A stretch of 64,000 nt of DNA. Source: Octopus sinensis (Eukaryota). Every line of letters begins with the position of its first letter. Position 1 is the first letter of the stretch. The translations under genes and the position numbers were made by a program. The notes below the pieces were generated by a model, which did no database searches, was not told where the DNA came from, and worked only from the letters and a program-made list of their open reading frames with translations. Shown piece after piece: positions 28,660 to 42,071 of the stretch. The DNA lies in contig NC_043007.1 of the NCBI RefSeq assembly GCF_006345805.1, positions 49,414,001-49,478,000 of the forward strand, read 5' to 3'.

Positions 28660-28734
<75 letters not shown>

Positions 28735-28735
<1 letters not shown>

Positions 28736-29289
28736 CCCTGATGCAGTACCAAACTGGCTCGCGTGGCTTCTGATCTTAACTGATTGGAAGTGTTATCATA
28801 TACATTGTTTTGTCTTGGTATAAAAGATGGGCTACAGCAAATATTCTGCTCAATACCACAGATTTGCTTGTCAGTTATTTGACCATAACCAGTTGAGCAT
28901 GTCCCTTAGTGGCTGACAATATGTGCATCTCTGATCACGAGCAGAAGCAGTGGGGGAGCATCATAGCCATGTGTTGAGAGGGTTTCTTTGTGGTTTGAAT
29001 AATTCACCTCTGGAAACATGGGTGTTTCGTTCAACATCCTTAAACGACCCTTATTCATAGACCTTTTGAGCGGGATGGGTTACTCGACCAGAAGAAAATT
29101 CTAACTAGGCCCCCACCTGCAAGGTCATGTGCTGTTTATCTTGATATGAGATCATTATGTCGCGTAAATATTGTTGTGATGCATGTGCCTAGTGTACCCT
29201 TATCAGACGGGTAGTCGTGATGGGTGTACTGGGCTTTATATATTTTACCCCAGTGTCACTTTGATGGTACTCACTGCTCTCTCTCACTC
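28735..29289. mobile_element. ~555-bp non-coding repeat inserted in (AAT)n, copy 2
   Basis: Direct repeat of copy 1, with scattered substitutions. Confidence 0.8.
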
Positions 29290-29319
29290 AATAGTAGTAA
29301 TGATTCTTTATAATTTTTG

Positions 29320-29900
29320 CACAGGGCCACCAATGTTAAGGTGAGAAAGAAGTCGATCATCTCGATAACAATACTTGGCAGGTACTTTTTTTATCATCCC
29401 TGAAAGGATGAAAGGCAAATTCAACATCAGCGATTGAACTCAGAAAGTAAAGCCAGAAGAAATGCTGCTAAGAATTTTGTCCGGCTTGCTAACAATTCTG
29501 CCAGCTCGCCACCTTTTACATATGATAATAATCCTTTCTCCTAAAGGCACAAGGCCAGGAATTTTGGTGGAGGGAGCTACTCGATTTCTCTGAGTCTGGG
29601 CTCAATGGATACTAATTTTATCGACCTTGAACTAAGAAAAGGCGGAATTTGAACTACGAACGTAAAGCGAGAAGAACTGCTGTGAAGCATTTTGGACTAA
29701 CGATTCTGCCAGATCATTCATTTTTCATAATAATAATAATGGTTTCAAATTTTGGCTCAAGGACCGTAAGTTCTGTGGAGAGAGTAAATCAACCCAATGC
29801 TTATTTTATTCTATCGTTCTCCAAAGAATGAAAAGCAATGTCAAACCTCGGCGGATTTTGAACTCAGAACGTAAAGAAATGTCGCTTAGCATTTTGGTCG
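29320..29900 (-). mobile_element. three degraded SINE family 1 copies
   Basis: Repeated gaaaggcaa...gaactcagaa(c)gtaaa...ctgccag motifs. Confidence 0.7.
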
Positions 29901-30273
29901 ATATTACCCACTCGTGTACACACACGCCCAGAGTCGCATATCTACATATGTATGTACGTATGTACGTACGTACGTACGTATGTATGTATGTATGTATGTA
30001 TGTATGTATGTATGTATGTATGTATGTATGTATGTACCCACACATGTCTGCTCGCATAGGTGCACCATATTCTATACACACGCAGACAAGGGTCGATTTG
30101 TATGAAAAAGAAAGTGAACAAAATAATACGACCGCTTGCTTATCGATAAATTTGTAAGTTCGATTTTTTTCATTTTTTTACTTTATCGTTAAGTATCTCC
30201 ATTATAGGTATGTATACTCCAATGAAATTAAGAAATCAAGTCGTAAATAAACGAAGCCCTCGAATCCATCACT

Positions 30274-30369
<96 letters not shown>

Positions 30370-30719
30370 TCGCAAGCCTATGTATGTATTAATGTATGTA
30401 CTCACACGTCTCTACGCGCATATGTACATCATGAGCTATATACACGCAGACAAATGTAGATGTATATGAAAAAGAAAGTGAACAAAATAATATGACCACT
30501 TGCTTATCGGGAAATTTGTAAGTTAGATTTTAAAAAATCTTTTAAAAATAATCAGTATAAATGTTCAACATTTCGAGCCCTCACCTAATGAGTATTTTTG
30601 CCAAATGCGATGAAAATCCGTGTAGCCGTTTTCCAATAATTTTGCAAACACACAGACAATCATACAAAGACGAGTGATTACAATACCCTGCTTTCGCTTA
30701 CTCGCGTATAGTGATGATT

Positions 30720-33140
30720 TCTTTCATTCACCACAAGGGCCCAGGACATAATGAACAATATCAAAGGGCAAGATACAAGAGACAAAACAGGTGAGGTTTA
30801 CATTGATCAAGGGGAGACACTATAACCTTAAAAGATATAACAAATTGATAAATAAATAGATAATAGAAAAATAAATGTTTAATAAATACAATCACCAGTA
30901 GCATGATAGTTCACATAGGTAATTCGGGATAAAGTCCCCCCAAAAATTCCTGATTACCTGGTCATCTCCAAGCAAGGGAAGTGCCATCTGCCTCTGTCAA
31001 CGCGCTTGATCCAGAACAGCAGCTCAGTTAAGATGCGAACGGCGACCATATCTACTCGCGGTCAAGGAAATGGTGAAGAGGCTGTAGCATCGGCGCATGT
31101 CTACGCATCAGCATCCACGACATGCCCAATCTTACAGTTAGCGCCTGACAGTAGAACTCGTACTTTCCACAGGAAGGGAAAGAATATCCGTTCCAATTTG
31201 GTCAAATGTGAACTGGGGCAAGTCACGATGGTCATGTGTTAATATATGACGGAGGCGATGTATACATTCGCCACCGCTGTCTGACCTTCTAGAGTTTCTA
31301 TCGGTCAGTTTCTGGGTGAAATTGGCTACCCTGCTCGTCACCTCGCTCAATTCTTTTCCACCTGGAGATCCGGACTAAACCAGATCACAAAAAATCTATC
31401 CAGTCCTTCCGTCCAGCGTCATGGAGCTGCCTCTGCAGGTTCCAAGCTGCAAGCCAACTGACTTGTCTTGGTTAAGTTTTGCTCCTGTGAGAGATTTGCA
31501 TTCTTTCAGAGCTGTACCGATCAGATTTATGTACCTAGTATTCAACTCTATGATGGTTATGTCATCAACATATGCCGACACAGTTCTCCCACGTCCTAGT
31601 TCGCTCGCGATGCCTCTCAACGCCTCCAATTTCTGAAGTAGTGGCTCTAGAATCATTACATACATAACAAACGAGAGGAAGCACTCTTGAAGGACCGAAC
31701 GCATTATGCTGAACAGTCTCAATAGGTAACCATCCACTGAAACCTTCGAGTTGATGTCATTATATATTGTGGCAATTTAGCCACAGAAAATGGGATTGAA
31801 ACCGAGAGAATGCCTTCCAAGTATTGGTTGTTGACCCTACTGAAGGCTTTTGAGTGATTCAAATTAATCAGGGCCCCATCAATACCAGCTTCTTTACCCA
31901 CTCTGTCTATGATGGAATTATGCATGTTTGCGTGTTACCAACCAGTTCTTCGACGACAAGCGCTAACACCTTAATCAAAATTTTGAAATCTATGTTCAAC
32001 ATAGACCTAAAATTTTTTATTTGATCCCCTTTCTCTGGGTTCTTCCTTAGCAGTACCACCACTCTTCGACTCGCAGAACTAGGAATTCTCCCATTGTGCT
32101 GCCAGTTGCAGTAGATGTCTGCTAAGAGGCTGCCAAAAACGTCCGACATACGAAAGTAAAGGTCATAGAGCAGATAATCCAAACCAGGCAATTTGTTCCC
32201 CATGCAGCTCATCATCGCATCCCGTATTTTCGCGGCTGTTATCGGCTTTTTGCAACACTCAACCCCCACTGCAGAGAGTCGTGGCACGCCGTCGAGTTAG
32301 GTACTGAAATCCATCTTGCGTTCCAGACTGCCATTAGTCCTAAACACTTGAGCAAAGTGCTTCCGAAATGTCGCACACATCTGCTTGAGTTTGAGTTTCA
32401 TGGTCAACCAAAGACCAAATTATGGATTTCTTGTCACGTTGCGCCCCTGAGATACAGGCCATCGAGCGGTTTTCGTCCCCTAGTTTCTTAGAGTAAGCTC
32501 CTTATTCCTGACAATGTATCCTTTGTGCTTAGCGATGAAGAATTGGTCCAGAGCTAATCTTACCGTCAGCTTGTCAGTTACGATGCCTTCTACGTTTCTA
32601 AATACGCTCTCCTCTATTCTTTTTCTGTCTTTCGCTAATGCTTTACTAAACATAATAGAGTCTACCCTAATTGCCCATTTTCAGGGTTAACCAACATTTA
32701 CTGTTGATAATTTCCCCAGCCAACGCCTGCTTAACTAATTCTCTAATGCTGTCTCTGTAATCTTGGCACGCTGGGAGTGATGAGTTCAGCGTCTAGTAGC
32801 CAGGTTCCTGCCTACGAAATCTATCTAGGTCGATCGCGCATATCACAAATTTGTGGTCTGTGTAGATCTTGAAAAGTGGGCATCTTATGCCATCCTTATC
32901 TACTAGCCTACAGAATACCCTGTCTAGATACGACGAAGATGACATGATGCGGATCATTCACACTCTCACTGTCACATTGGGGAAATTTAGTCTGTACCCG
33001 TCAGCAGATGAAAATGTCTAAGCAAGTTTGTCGAGCTTTTCCCTGTCCCCTCTTTTAACAGCTCACCTCACATAATCTAAATGTGTATCAAAGATGGCGT
33101 TTAAGTCACCCATTAGCAACAATGGTCGAGACGTTTCCAG
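30720..33140 (-). mobile_element. degraded Tx1/L1-like LINE (APE end plus RT)
   Basis: GDLNA, KLPGLD, LLNIDFKIL-like, SKAFSRV, SAYVDDIT motifs in broken frames. Confidence 0.85.
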
Positions 33141-33149
33141 GAAAATCAT

Positions 33150-34445
33150 TAGTATAAGGAGAGAGTTATAAGTATCTAGGACTATTAGGATCTGACAGAG
33201 TTCTAACTATAGAAATGAAAATGAAAATTGAGGAGTACATCAGAAGGGTGAGGAAGCTACTAAAATCAAAGCTAAATGGTCCAAATCTAGTGAAGGCTAT
33301 AAATACTTGGGCAGTATCTTTACCTAGATACTCAATAATTTTTGTACATTGGACAAAATCTGAATTAGAAAAGCTAGACAGAACTAGGAAGGAATTCGAT
33401 ATGAATGGAAGATTCCAGAGAAGGGTAGAATTAGCAAGATTGTACTTGCCTAAAAAGGAAGGTAGAAGTCAAATATCAGTAGAAGACTGCGTTGAGTTAG
33501 CTAGAGTAGATATAGGCTTCTATGTATATAACAGTGAAGAAAGCTTATGAAGAGCTACCCTGATATAGGGAGCCCCCCCCTCCAAAAAAAAACCCCCCAA
33601 AATAAACGAAGTTAAAAACCAGAAAAAAGAACTAAAGTCATCTGACTGGCAGGAGAAGGCTGTGAAAGTTAGGTCCCCAAAATCAGTCGGAGCAAATAGT
33701 AGTGGTGAGACATGGTTATAGTTGCAGAAAAGAAGGCTGAAAGAGAGACAGAAAATTTTTAGTAGCTGCACAAGATCAAGCATTAAGGATTAATTGGATT
33801 AAAACCAAGATGGACAAGAACCAAGTAGATTCTCGGTGTAGGTTATGCAAAACAAAAAGGTAAGTGTTACTCATATATTAATTGAATGTAGCATGCTGAC
33901 ACAGAAAGAATACCAGAAAAGGCATGACAATCAAGAGAGAGAGCAATCCACTGGGAGCTATGTAGAAAGCTAGGATTTATACATACTGATAAATGGTATG
34001 GACATGAACCTAGTAAAGTACTAGTAAGTAAGAAATACAAGATGCTACAGGACTTTAACATTCAGACTGACAGAATTATAGAAGCTAGAAGGACTACAAA
34101 GTGCCAGATAATTGATTTTATAGTCCCAAATGATGAAAAGAGTAAATATGAGAGGTATAGAAAAAATATCAAATTACCAGGATCTAGCCATTCAATTACA
34201 GAGCGCATGGAAAGTACAGGTGAAATGTGTCGCAATAGTTATGGGTGCATTGGGAACTATCCCTAAAGATTTGAACTGATGTATAGAGGAAATATGCATA
34301 AAATCCAGTTTAGTACAGCTCCAGAAAACAGTATTATCAGGTGTAGCTAGGAGGGTTCGTGGCATCTCAGATTACTTATTGTAGCCCGATGTTAGAAATT
34401 TCTTTTCCAATTTTTCAACAGTCTAATCTGTTATGTGTATATGAA
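33150..34445 (+). mobile_element. degraded R4/Dong LINE, 5'-truncated, followed by (AAC/AAT)n
   Basis: YKYLG...YIRRVRKLLKSKLNGPNLVKAINTWAV; RHD and REL remnants. Confidence 0.85.
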
Positions 34446-34464
34446 CAACAACAACAACAACAGC

Positions 34465-34528
<64 letters not shown>

Positions 34529-34530
34529 TA

Positions 34531-37500
34531 CCAATATATTAATTCGGAGAATCCAGAAGCGGTGTCTTGTCAAAAAGTTGACCCTGTACAAACAGTCCCT
34601 TCTTCTAACGTCACCGTCACAGAAGCGGCGTATTGTCAAAAAGTTGACTTTGAATAAATGGACCCCTCTGATGTCGCCGTCAATCATTTAATGAAAACAA
34701 GCCAAAAATCATGACGGATCGGTCATCGCCCGGGACAACAAGGACCGCGTTACCCAGTAGGGAACCAGACTGGGGTCGAAAAGTTGGCTGCTGGAACAAA
34801 CCCTCAAAAAGATGATCTACCAGGTGACCAGAACCAGAATACTTCTAACTCTGGACTTGTAGTGACACCACCAAAAACACCACCTAAAGCAAAACGTATA
34901 AAATGGACCAGAGAGGACTATAGAAATGTGTTGAAAGCTTTTTATACAGCCCAACTAAACCCAAACAATAACCTCAGTGTACAAACATACATCTCAAGGA
35001 GAAATTCAGTAGGCAACGAAGTACGTAGATATATAGACGCAAATAAATTAAATAATGTACGCAGAGATCTAATTAAAAATAAAAGACTAACTGACGCTGA
35101 AATTGACCAAATTAGGACATTAATAGCTCATGGTAGACCAAAAGAAAACAGCAACAATGTAGACGAAATAGGTAACACTAGCACAGAAGCCAGTGTACAA
35201 GCGATAAATCAACTTCCCAATGGGGAAGTTAAACAAAGAATAGCGAAGAAGAGAGATTTGAAAAAAGAGGAGAACGTAGACCTTCCTCAAGAAAACCAAA
35301 ATAGATATGGCATAGAATTTGAGGTGAATAATAGAGAAAAGATTACGGAAGCAAAAGTGGACATTATGAGAGAACTCGGCAAGATTGAGCTCACTGACAT
35401 GGTTAATAGAGAACCGCTACCAAAGTTTTCAAACGGCACAAGGAATAACAACACAGTCATGACATATAACGTTGCCCTAGGATAGATCTTAAGAAATAAT
35501 GGGAATGATCTGACAACCTTAAATAATCACATCTATTCCACTGCTAAAGCAGTAACTACCCAACCAGGTATTAAGATGACAAAGAAAAAGGCCAGGCATG
35601 TCAATGAACCTCCTAAGTGGAAAGTAGCGATACAGAAAGAGATTGAATCTCTGCGGGCGGATGTTTCAGTTCTCGATGAGCTTGCTAGTGGAGTGAATAT
35701 TAAGCCGAGAAAAGCTAGAAAAATCAATCAAAAATATAAAATCAAAGACCTCATAAACCCCCCTGCAACTAAGGAATTGTTGAAACAACGGATACAGTTG
35801 AAAGCCCAACGGCTTAGAAGGTATGACAAAAGAAACAAATTTTATCGACTAAATAAATTTTTAAGACAGATGCAAAGAAATTTTATAGGGAAATTGGCAA
35901 AAATAACATACACATAGAAGATCCACCTAAGATTGAGGAAGTGGAGGAGTTCTAGAAGAAGGTATGGAGCAACGAAAAAGAGTTTAATGCTGAGGCTGAC
36001 TGGATAGAACGCGAGAAAGAGAGACTGGATGAACTTGAAGAACAGAAATGGGAAGCAATAGGAATAGAGGAGCTAAGGTGTGTCCTTAGGAAGGCTCATA
36101 AATGGAAAACCCCAGGACTGGATCGGATACCTAACTTCTGGCTGAATTATTTGACAGAGGTACACGAAAATCTCGCTGCATCTCTGTCTGATGTCATTCA
36201 GAACCCAGAGCAAATACCTGCTTGGCTGACTGAAGGAACCACCTACCTATTACCTAAAGCTGAAGATACAAAAACCCAAAGAATTACCGGCCAATAACAT
36301 GTCTCAACACCACCTACAAAATCCTCACATCCATAATAACGGAGAGAATGTACGCTTTCCTTGAACAAAACTCTATCCTTCCACAAGCTCAAAAAGGTTG
36401 TAAAAGAAACTCTTATGGGTGCAAAGACCAATTGCTCATAAACAGAATGATTGTAGAGAATTGCCGGAGCAAAAACAAAAACCTAAGTATGGTATGGATA
36501 GACTACAGGAAAGCGTAGTAAATGGATACTCAAGGCCCTTGAGATATACAAGATCTCTCCTGTCGTCTCAAAATTCTTACAGAATAGCATGACCATGTGG
36601 AACACACGTCTCTTTCTAAGCCATAGTAATGGGATGAGCCAGTCCAACAGCATCAACATCAAATGAGGCATCTTTCAAGGTGACTCCCTGTCTCCATTAC
36701 TTTTTTGCATGGCACTGATCCCACTCTCAAACGAATTGGATAGTACCAGATATGGGTACAAAGTTTTTAGTAAGTCAATAAACCACCTTTTCTATATGGA
36801 CGACCTAAAGCTGTTTGCCAGGAATGACCAAGAGCTAGAAGGACTGCTAACAACTGTTAAAGAGTTTAGCAATGATATCGGAATGGATTTTGGCCTTGAT
36901 AAGTGTGCTAAAGCAACTTTTGTATGAGGCAAGCAGAGGCAAACAGATTTTGTTAAATTAGATATTGACACTACCTATTTCTTTACTACCCACAAGGGGC
37001 TAAACACAGAGAGGACAAACAAGGACAGACAAACGGATTAAGTCGATTGTATCGACCCCAGTGCGTAACTGGTACTTATTTAATCGACCCCGAAAGGATG
37101 AAAGGCAAAGTCGACCTCGGCGGAATTTGAACTCAGTACGTAACGGCAGACGAAATACGGCTACGCATTTCGCCCGGTGTGCTAACGATTCTGCCAGCTC
37201 GCCGCCTTATATTGACACTACCATCAAGGAACTTGACCCACAAGAAAGTTATAAATACCTAGGAATCAACGAAGGAGATGGTATACATCATGCTACTAAG
37301 AAGGAAAAAGTAAGAAAGGAATACTATAGGAGAATAAGGCTTGTACTGAAGACTGAACTCAACTCCAAAAATTGCATTGAGGCCATTAACACCCTAGGAC
37401 TTCCAGTAGTCCAGTACAGTTTTAACATCATTAACTGGAACCTTACGGAACTCCAACGCTTGGACAGGAAGACAAGAAAATTACTGGCATCCAAGAACAT

Positions 37501-38742
37501 GCACCACCCTAAGGCAGATGTAGACCGCCTGTACCTACCTAGAAGCAGCGGGGGAGAGGAATGATGCAATTAGAGCTGTGCTATAAGACCTCCACTGTAG
37601 GAATGAACAGGTACCTATCTAGTACAAAGGACTGGATGCTGCGACTTGTGTGCGAACACGAAAGCAGCAAAATGCTGCATTCTATTGTCAAGGAAGCTTA
37701 TAAGTTCGAAAGGGAACTAGACATTAACCTTGAATCAGATGAAGAGCCGGAAACCACTGCTACCAAGCAAGCAAAGCGAATCAAGCAGACTGCAAAAAAG
37801 AACGGGCAGAATCAAATTGAGAGGCGGTGGAGCCAGAAGCCCCTGCATGGACAATATATTCTCCGAAGCCAAAATGCTGATGTAGACCAATCAACAACCC
37901 ATCAGTGGCTGAAGAGTTCAGGATTGAAAGCAGAGACTGAAGGCTTCATACTGGCAGCACAAGATCAAAGCTTGTTTACCATAAATTACCAGGCTAGCGT
38001 TCTCCGAAACGGTACTGACCCTAAATGCAGATTCTGCGACATATTTGACGAAACAATAGACCATCTCGTTTCGTGGTGTCCTGTGCTGACACCAAACGAA
38101 TACAAAAATCGCCACGATAGGGTAGGACAGTATATACATTGGAAGATATGTAAACACTACAAATTCGGCACTCCTGCTAACTGGTATGAACATCATCCTC
38201 AGCCAGTTGTTGAAAGTAAAAATGTCACCATCCTCTGGGATTTTCCAGTCAACACTGACAGAACGATCAAGGCTAATCGACCAGACATAATTGTTAAAGA
38301 CTGGGAAGAAAATACCTGCAGACTAATAGAGGTAAGCGTCCCCACTGATAACAATACATCTGTAAAGGAATTTGACAAACTTAGTAAATATAAAGACCTG
38401 GAAATCGAAATACAAAAGATGTGGAATCTTAAAACAAAAACTGTTCCTGTTATTGTAGGTGTCCTAGGTATGATAAAAAGGTGATGTCAGAAACACCTAG
38501 ACAATATCCCTGGAGAACCATGTCTCAAGGAAATCCAAAAGATTGTGCTAACAAGTACTGCCCACATCCTTAGAAAAACCCTATCAATGTAAATGTTTGT
38601 GTTGTATTACATGGAGATATTTCTCTACTTCTCCTCCCCAAGCTTTCAGCTATATTTCAACAACTCTTAACCTTCACTTACCCTAGGGCGCTGGGTGTGC
38701 CCCGGCAAGTGATTGCATCAAACATGCAGATTAAAAGTAAAT
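34531..38742 (+). mobile_element. near full-length R4/Dong LINE (disrupted) between (AAT)n tracts
   Basis: N-terminal KRIKWTREDY; RT motifs IFQGDSLSPLLF and HLFYMDDLKLF; REL CRFC...RHDRV...RPDII...KLSKYKDL; 3'UTR ends in TAA repeats. Confidence 0.95.
36976..37208 (-). mobile_element. young SINE family 1 insertion in the Dong RT, with a 14-bp TSD
   Basis: TSD ATATTGACACTACC at 36962-36975 and 37209-37222. Confidence 0.93.
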
Positions 38743-38743
38743 G

Positions 38744-38804
<61 letters not shown>

Positions 38805-39139
38805 CAATAATGATGATGATGACGATGATGATAATTATGATGATGTTTATTATTATGAAAATGTTGTTTACTTGTTTATTCACAGTGTACAACGCGATCT
38901 TATTTACCATAAATTTACACAAAACACTATACACAAAACAATGAAACAATGTTACAATAAGAAACCCCTCACACATAGCCATGTTTACATACGTTTTTAG
39001 TAAGTCAATAAACCACCTTTTCTATATGGACGACCTAAAGCTGTTTGCCAGGAATGACCAAGAGCTAGAAGGGCTGCTAACAACTGTTAGCAATGATATC
39101 GGAATGGATTTTGGCCATGTACAACCATATATATTTATA

Positions 39140-39216
<77 letters not shown>

Positions 39217-39559
39217 GTGTGTGTAAAAGGCTACTAGTAATATATTGCCAGAGTTCAAGAAAATTTCTCAAGTCAATCGTATGATAGGGATTTCAAAGTC
39301 AGGCACCCAAAGCATTTTATATTCAAAGAATTGTCCATGTACTCAATGAAGGTGATCTGAACTGAAGAGTGAAGTTTTATGATTTGTACTTGGCAAGTTT
39401 AGAGGAGGTACTTTCTTGCCAGCAAATATTGTTTGATGTGATTTTGTGAGATTTAAACTAAATGGCTTAATTAACCCTTACAATTCCATCTGCTAAGGAT
39501 TTGAAAACTCCGCATATTACGGAAGAATAACGTTAATTGACCTATATGGAGTAGCTGAT

Positions 39560-39860
39560 AATCAAATTGATTAATTAGACCAATCTCAGTTGACTGTATA
39601 TGAGCGGTCCCATTATTTCCATCATGATGGGGCACCCCAAAACCTGGACGAGATTTTGCCTCCAGAGGGGGTCAGGAAAATACAAATGGTGTTCTCCTGC
39701 CTCTCTCCACTAGATTTTTCTTTTTATGAGGATACTTAAAAGAAAGTTTGAGGTACAAAAGCAGCAACAGTCAACAAATTGAGTGCAGTCACTGAACGAG
39801 AAAGGGCACGGATACTGAACGAAAAATTAAACTACGTTAAACAAACAAATTACAATTTTC
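39560..39860 (+). mobile_element. ancient Tc1/mariner-type transposase remnant
   Basis: FHHDGAP...RGG...PLDF resembles the FQQDGAPPH...SPDLTPLDF region. Confidence 0.4.
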
Positions 39861-40003
39861 TCAAGAAAGCCAAGAAAAAAAATGTTTTATTTTGACACAT
39901 TCTACCACTATACGAAGTTTTAAAGTGTTTAGTTAACTAGAAATTGTGTTGAAATCTGGACTTCAAAAGGAAAAGATCCTTCATCTATCCATCTATCTAT
40001 CTT

Positions 40004-40084
<81 letters not shown>

Positions 40085-40121
40085 GTACCTACCTATCTAT
40101 CTCTGTATACATACATACATA

Positions 40122-40210
<89 letters not shown>

Positions 40211-40399
40211 GCCACATATTTCTTCTTGAGTAATACTAAAGAAAACAGGATCGCCGCATTAGCCGTCAAAAGGGCAGTGTGAAATAGGGGTCAACCGCAG
40301 AAGCTTACAAACAGAATAGATTTCAGTTTCAAAACACCTCGCCTACCTCCTACTGAACCCTAAAGATGAATTTAAAATAATGTAGATAAATATTATAAC

Positions 40400-40630
40400 C
40401 TGTTGAAAAGCTCCACTTAAAACTCGAAGCGCTGCGAAGACCCATATGTTTGGTGAGAGTGCACTTCCGGACGCACATAGCACGAGGAAAAATGTACAGC
40501 CAACATGAACTGGTTTCCGACCTATTTTATCTGCAAAGGCCGTAAATATCAAAGCACCAGCTCCTTGGCCTGCAGTAAATAAAGATTGTGTTAATTCCGC
40601 CAAGCCTTCTTTATCACAAACCAGGTTCCA
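40400..40630 (-). CDS. SLC22 transporter exon 3
   Basis: ttacag|WNLVCDKEGL...ADKIGRKP...LRVLSGAFQQ|GTTATA, 231 nt. Has the SLC22 (E)WNLVC signature and MFS motif A (D-x-x-GRK). Confidence 0.95.
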
Positions 40631-40800
40631 CTGTAACGAAAACAAAGGAAGTGAGAGATACGTAATAGTTTTCGATTTTATGCCAAAAATACATGTAATA
40701 GAAAAACATATTGAAATTTAAAAGATATCTGGATGATGATAAGAACAAGATAAGTCAAAGAGAGCATCAGCAAAATTCTAAATGAAGAAATTTGTAGATT

Positions 40801-40994
40801 TGGTATTTCTTACTAAAAGGCACAGGCGTGGCTCTGTTGTAGGATGTTTGCTTCCCGACTACATGTTTCGGGATTCAGTTCCAGGAGACACTTGCTCAAC
40901 ATGCCACGTAATGGAACTGAATCCCGAAACATGTAGTCGGGTAGCAAACATCTTTCAACAGAGCCACGCCTGCGCCTTTTAGTAAGAAATACCA
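40801..40994. repeat. fold-back inverted repeat made from a SINE-2 head
   Basis: 83-bp arms 40801-40883 / 40912-40994 with 4 mismatches and a 28-nt loop. Confidence 0.92.
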
Positions 40995-41014
40995 CATATA
41001 TATATGTATATATA

Positions 41015-41405
41015 GGCGCAGGAGTAGTGTGGTTAGTAGCTTGTTTACTAACCACATGGTTTCGAGTTCAGTCCCACTGCGTGGCACCTTGGGCAAGTGT
41101 CTTCTACTATAGCCTCGGGCCGACCAAAGCTTTGTGAGTGGATTTGGTAGATGGAAACTGAAAGAAGCCCGTCGTATATATGTATATATATATATATGCG
41201 TGTGTGTGTTTGTCCCCCTAACATTGCTTGACAACCGATGGTGGTGTGTTTATGTCCCCGTTACTTAGCAGTTCGGCAAAAGAGACCGATAGAATAAGTA
41301 CTGGGCTTACAAAAGAATAAGTCCCGGGGTCGAGTTGCTCGATTAAAGGCGGTGCTCCAGCATGGCCGCAGTCAAATGACTGAAACAAATAAAAGAGTAA
41401 AAGAG
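41015..41405 (+). mobile_element. SINE family 2 copy
   Basis: ggcgcaggagtagtgtgg...gttcagtcccactgcgtggcaccttggg...ggcggtgctccagcatggccgcagtcaaatgactgaaac. Confidence 0.88.
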
Positions 41406-41415
41406 TATATATCTA

Positions 41416-41780
<365 letters not shown>

Positions 41781-41880
41781 AATTTGTATTGTCTCCCTGG
41801 TTTTTTATGTGCTAAGCCACTTGGTGTTAAACTGATGGTATTATTAAATTAATATCTAATTTTTTCACCCTCATTTATGA

Positions 41881-41946
<66 letters not shown>

Positions 41947-42032
41947 CGGAGATGTTCTTACATACCAAGTGACTTGATATGAGATTGTGTGCTGAAACAA
42001 ATACAATTGCAGCGTGGAAGGTGTTATAAGCA

Positions 42033-42070
<38 letters not shown>

Positions 42071-42071
<1 letters not shown>

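Noticed and set aside
30060-30720. ~100-bp direct repeats and a Helitron/HINE-like tail
   Set aside because: Resemblance only; termini and hairpin could not be defined with confidence
41015-41100. tRNA gene
   Set aside because: tRNA-like SINE head without a cloverleaf; continues into SINE body
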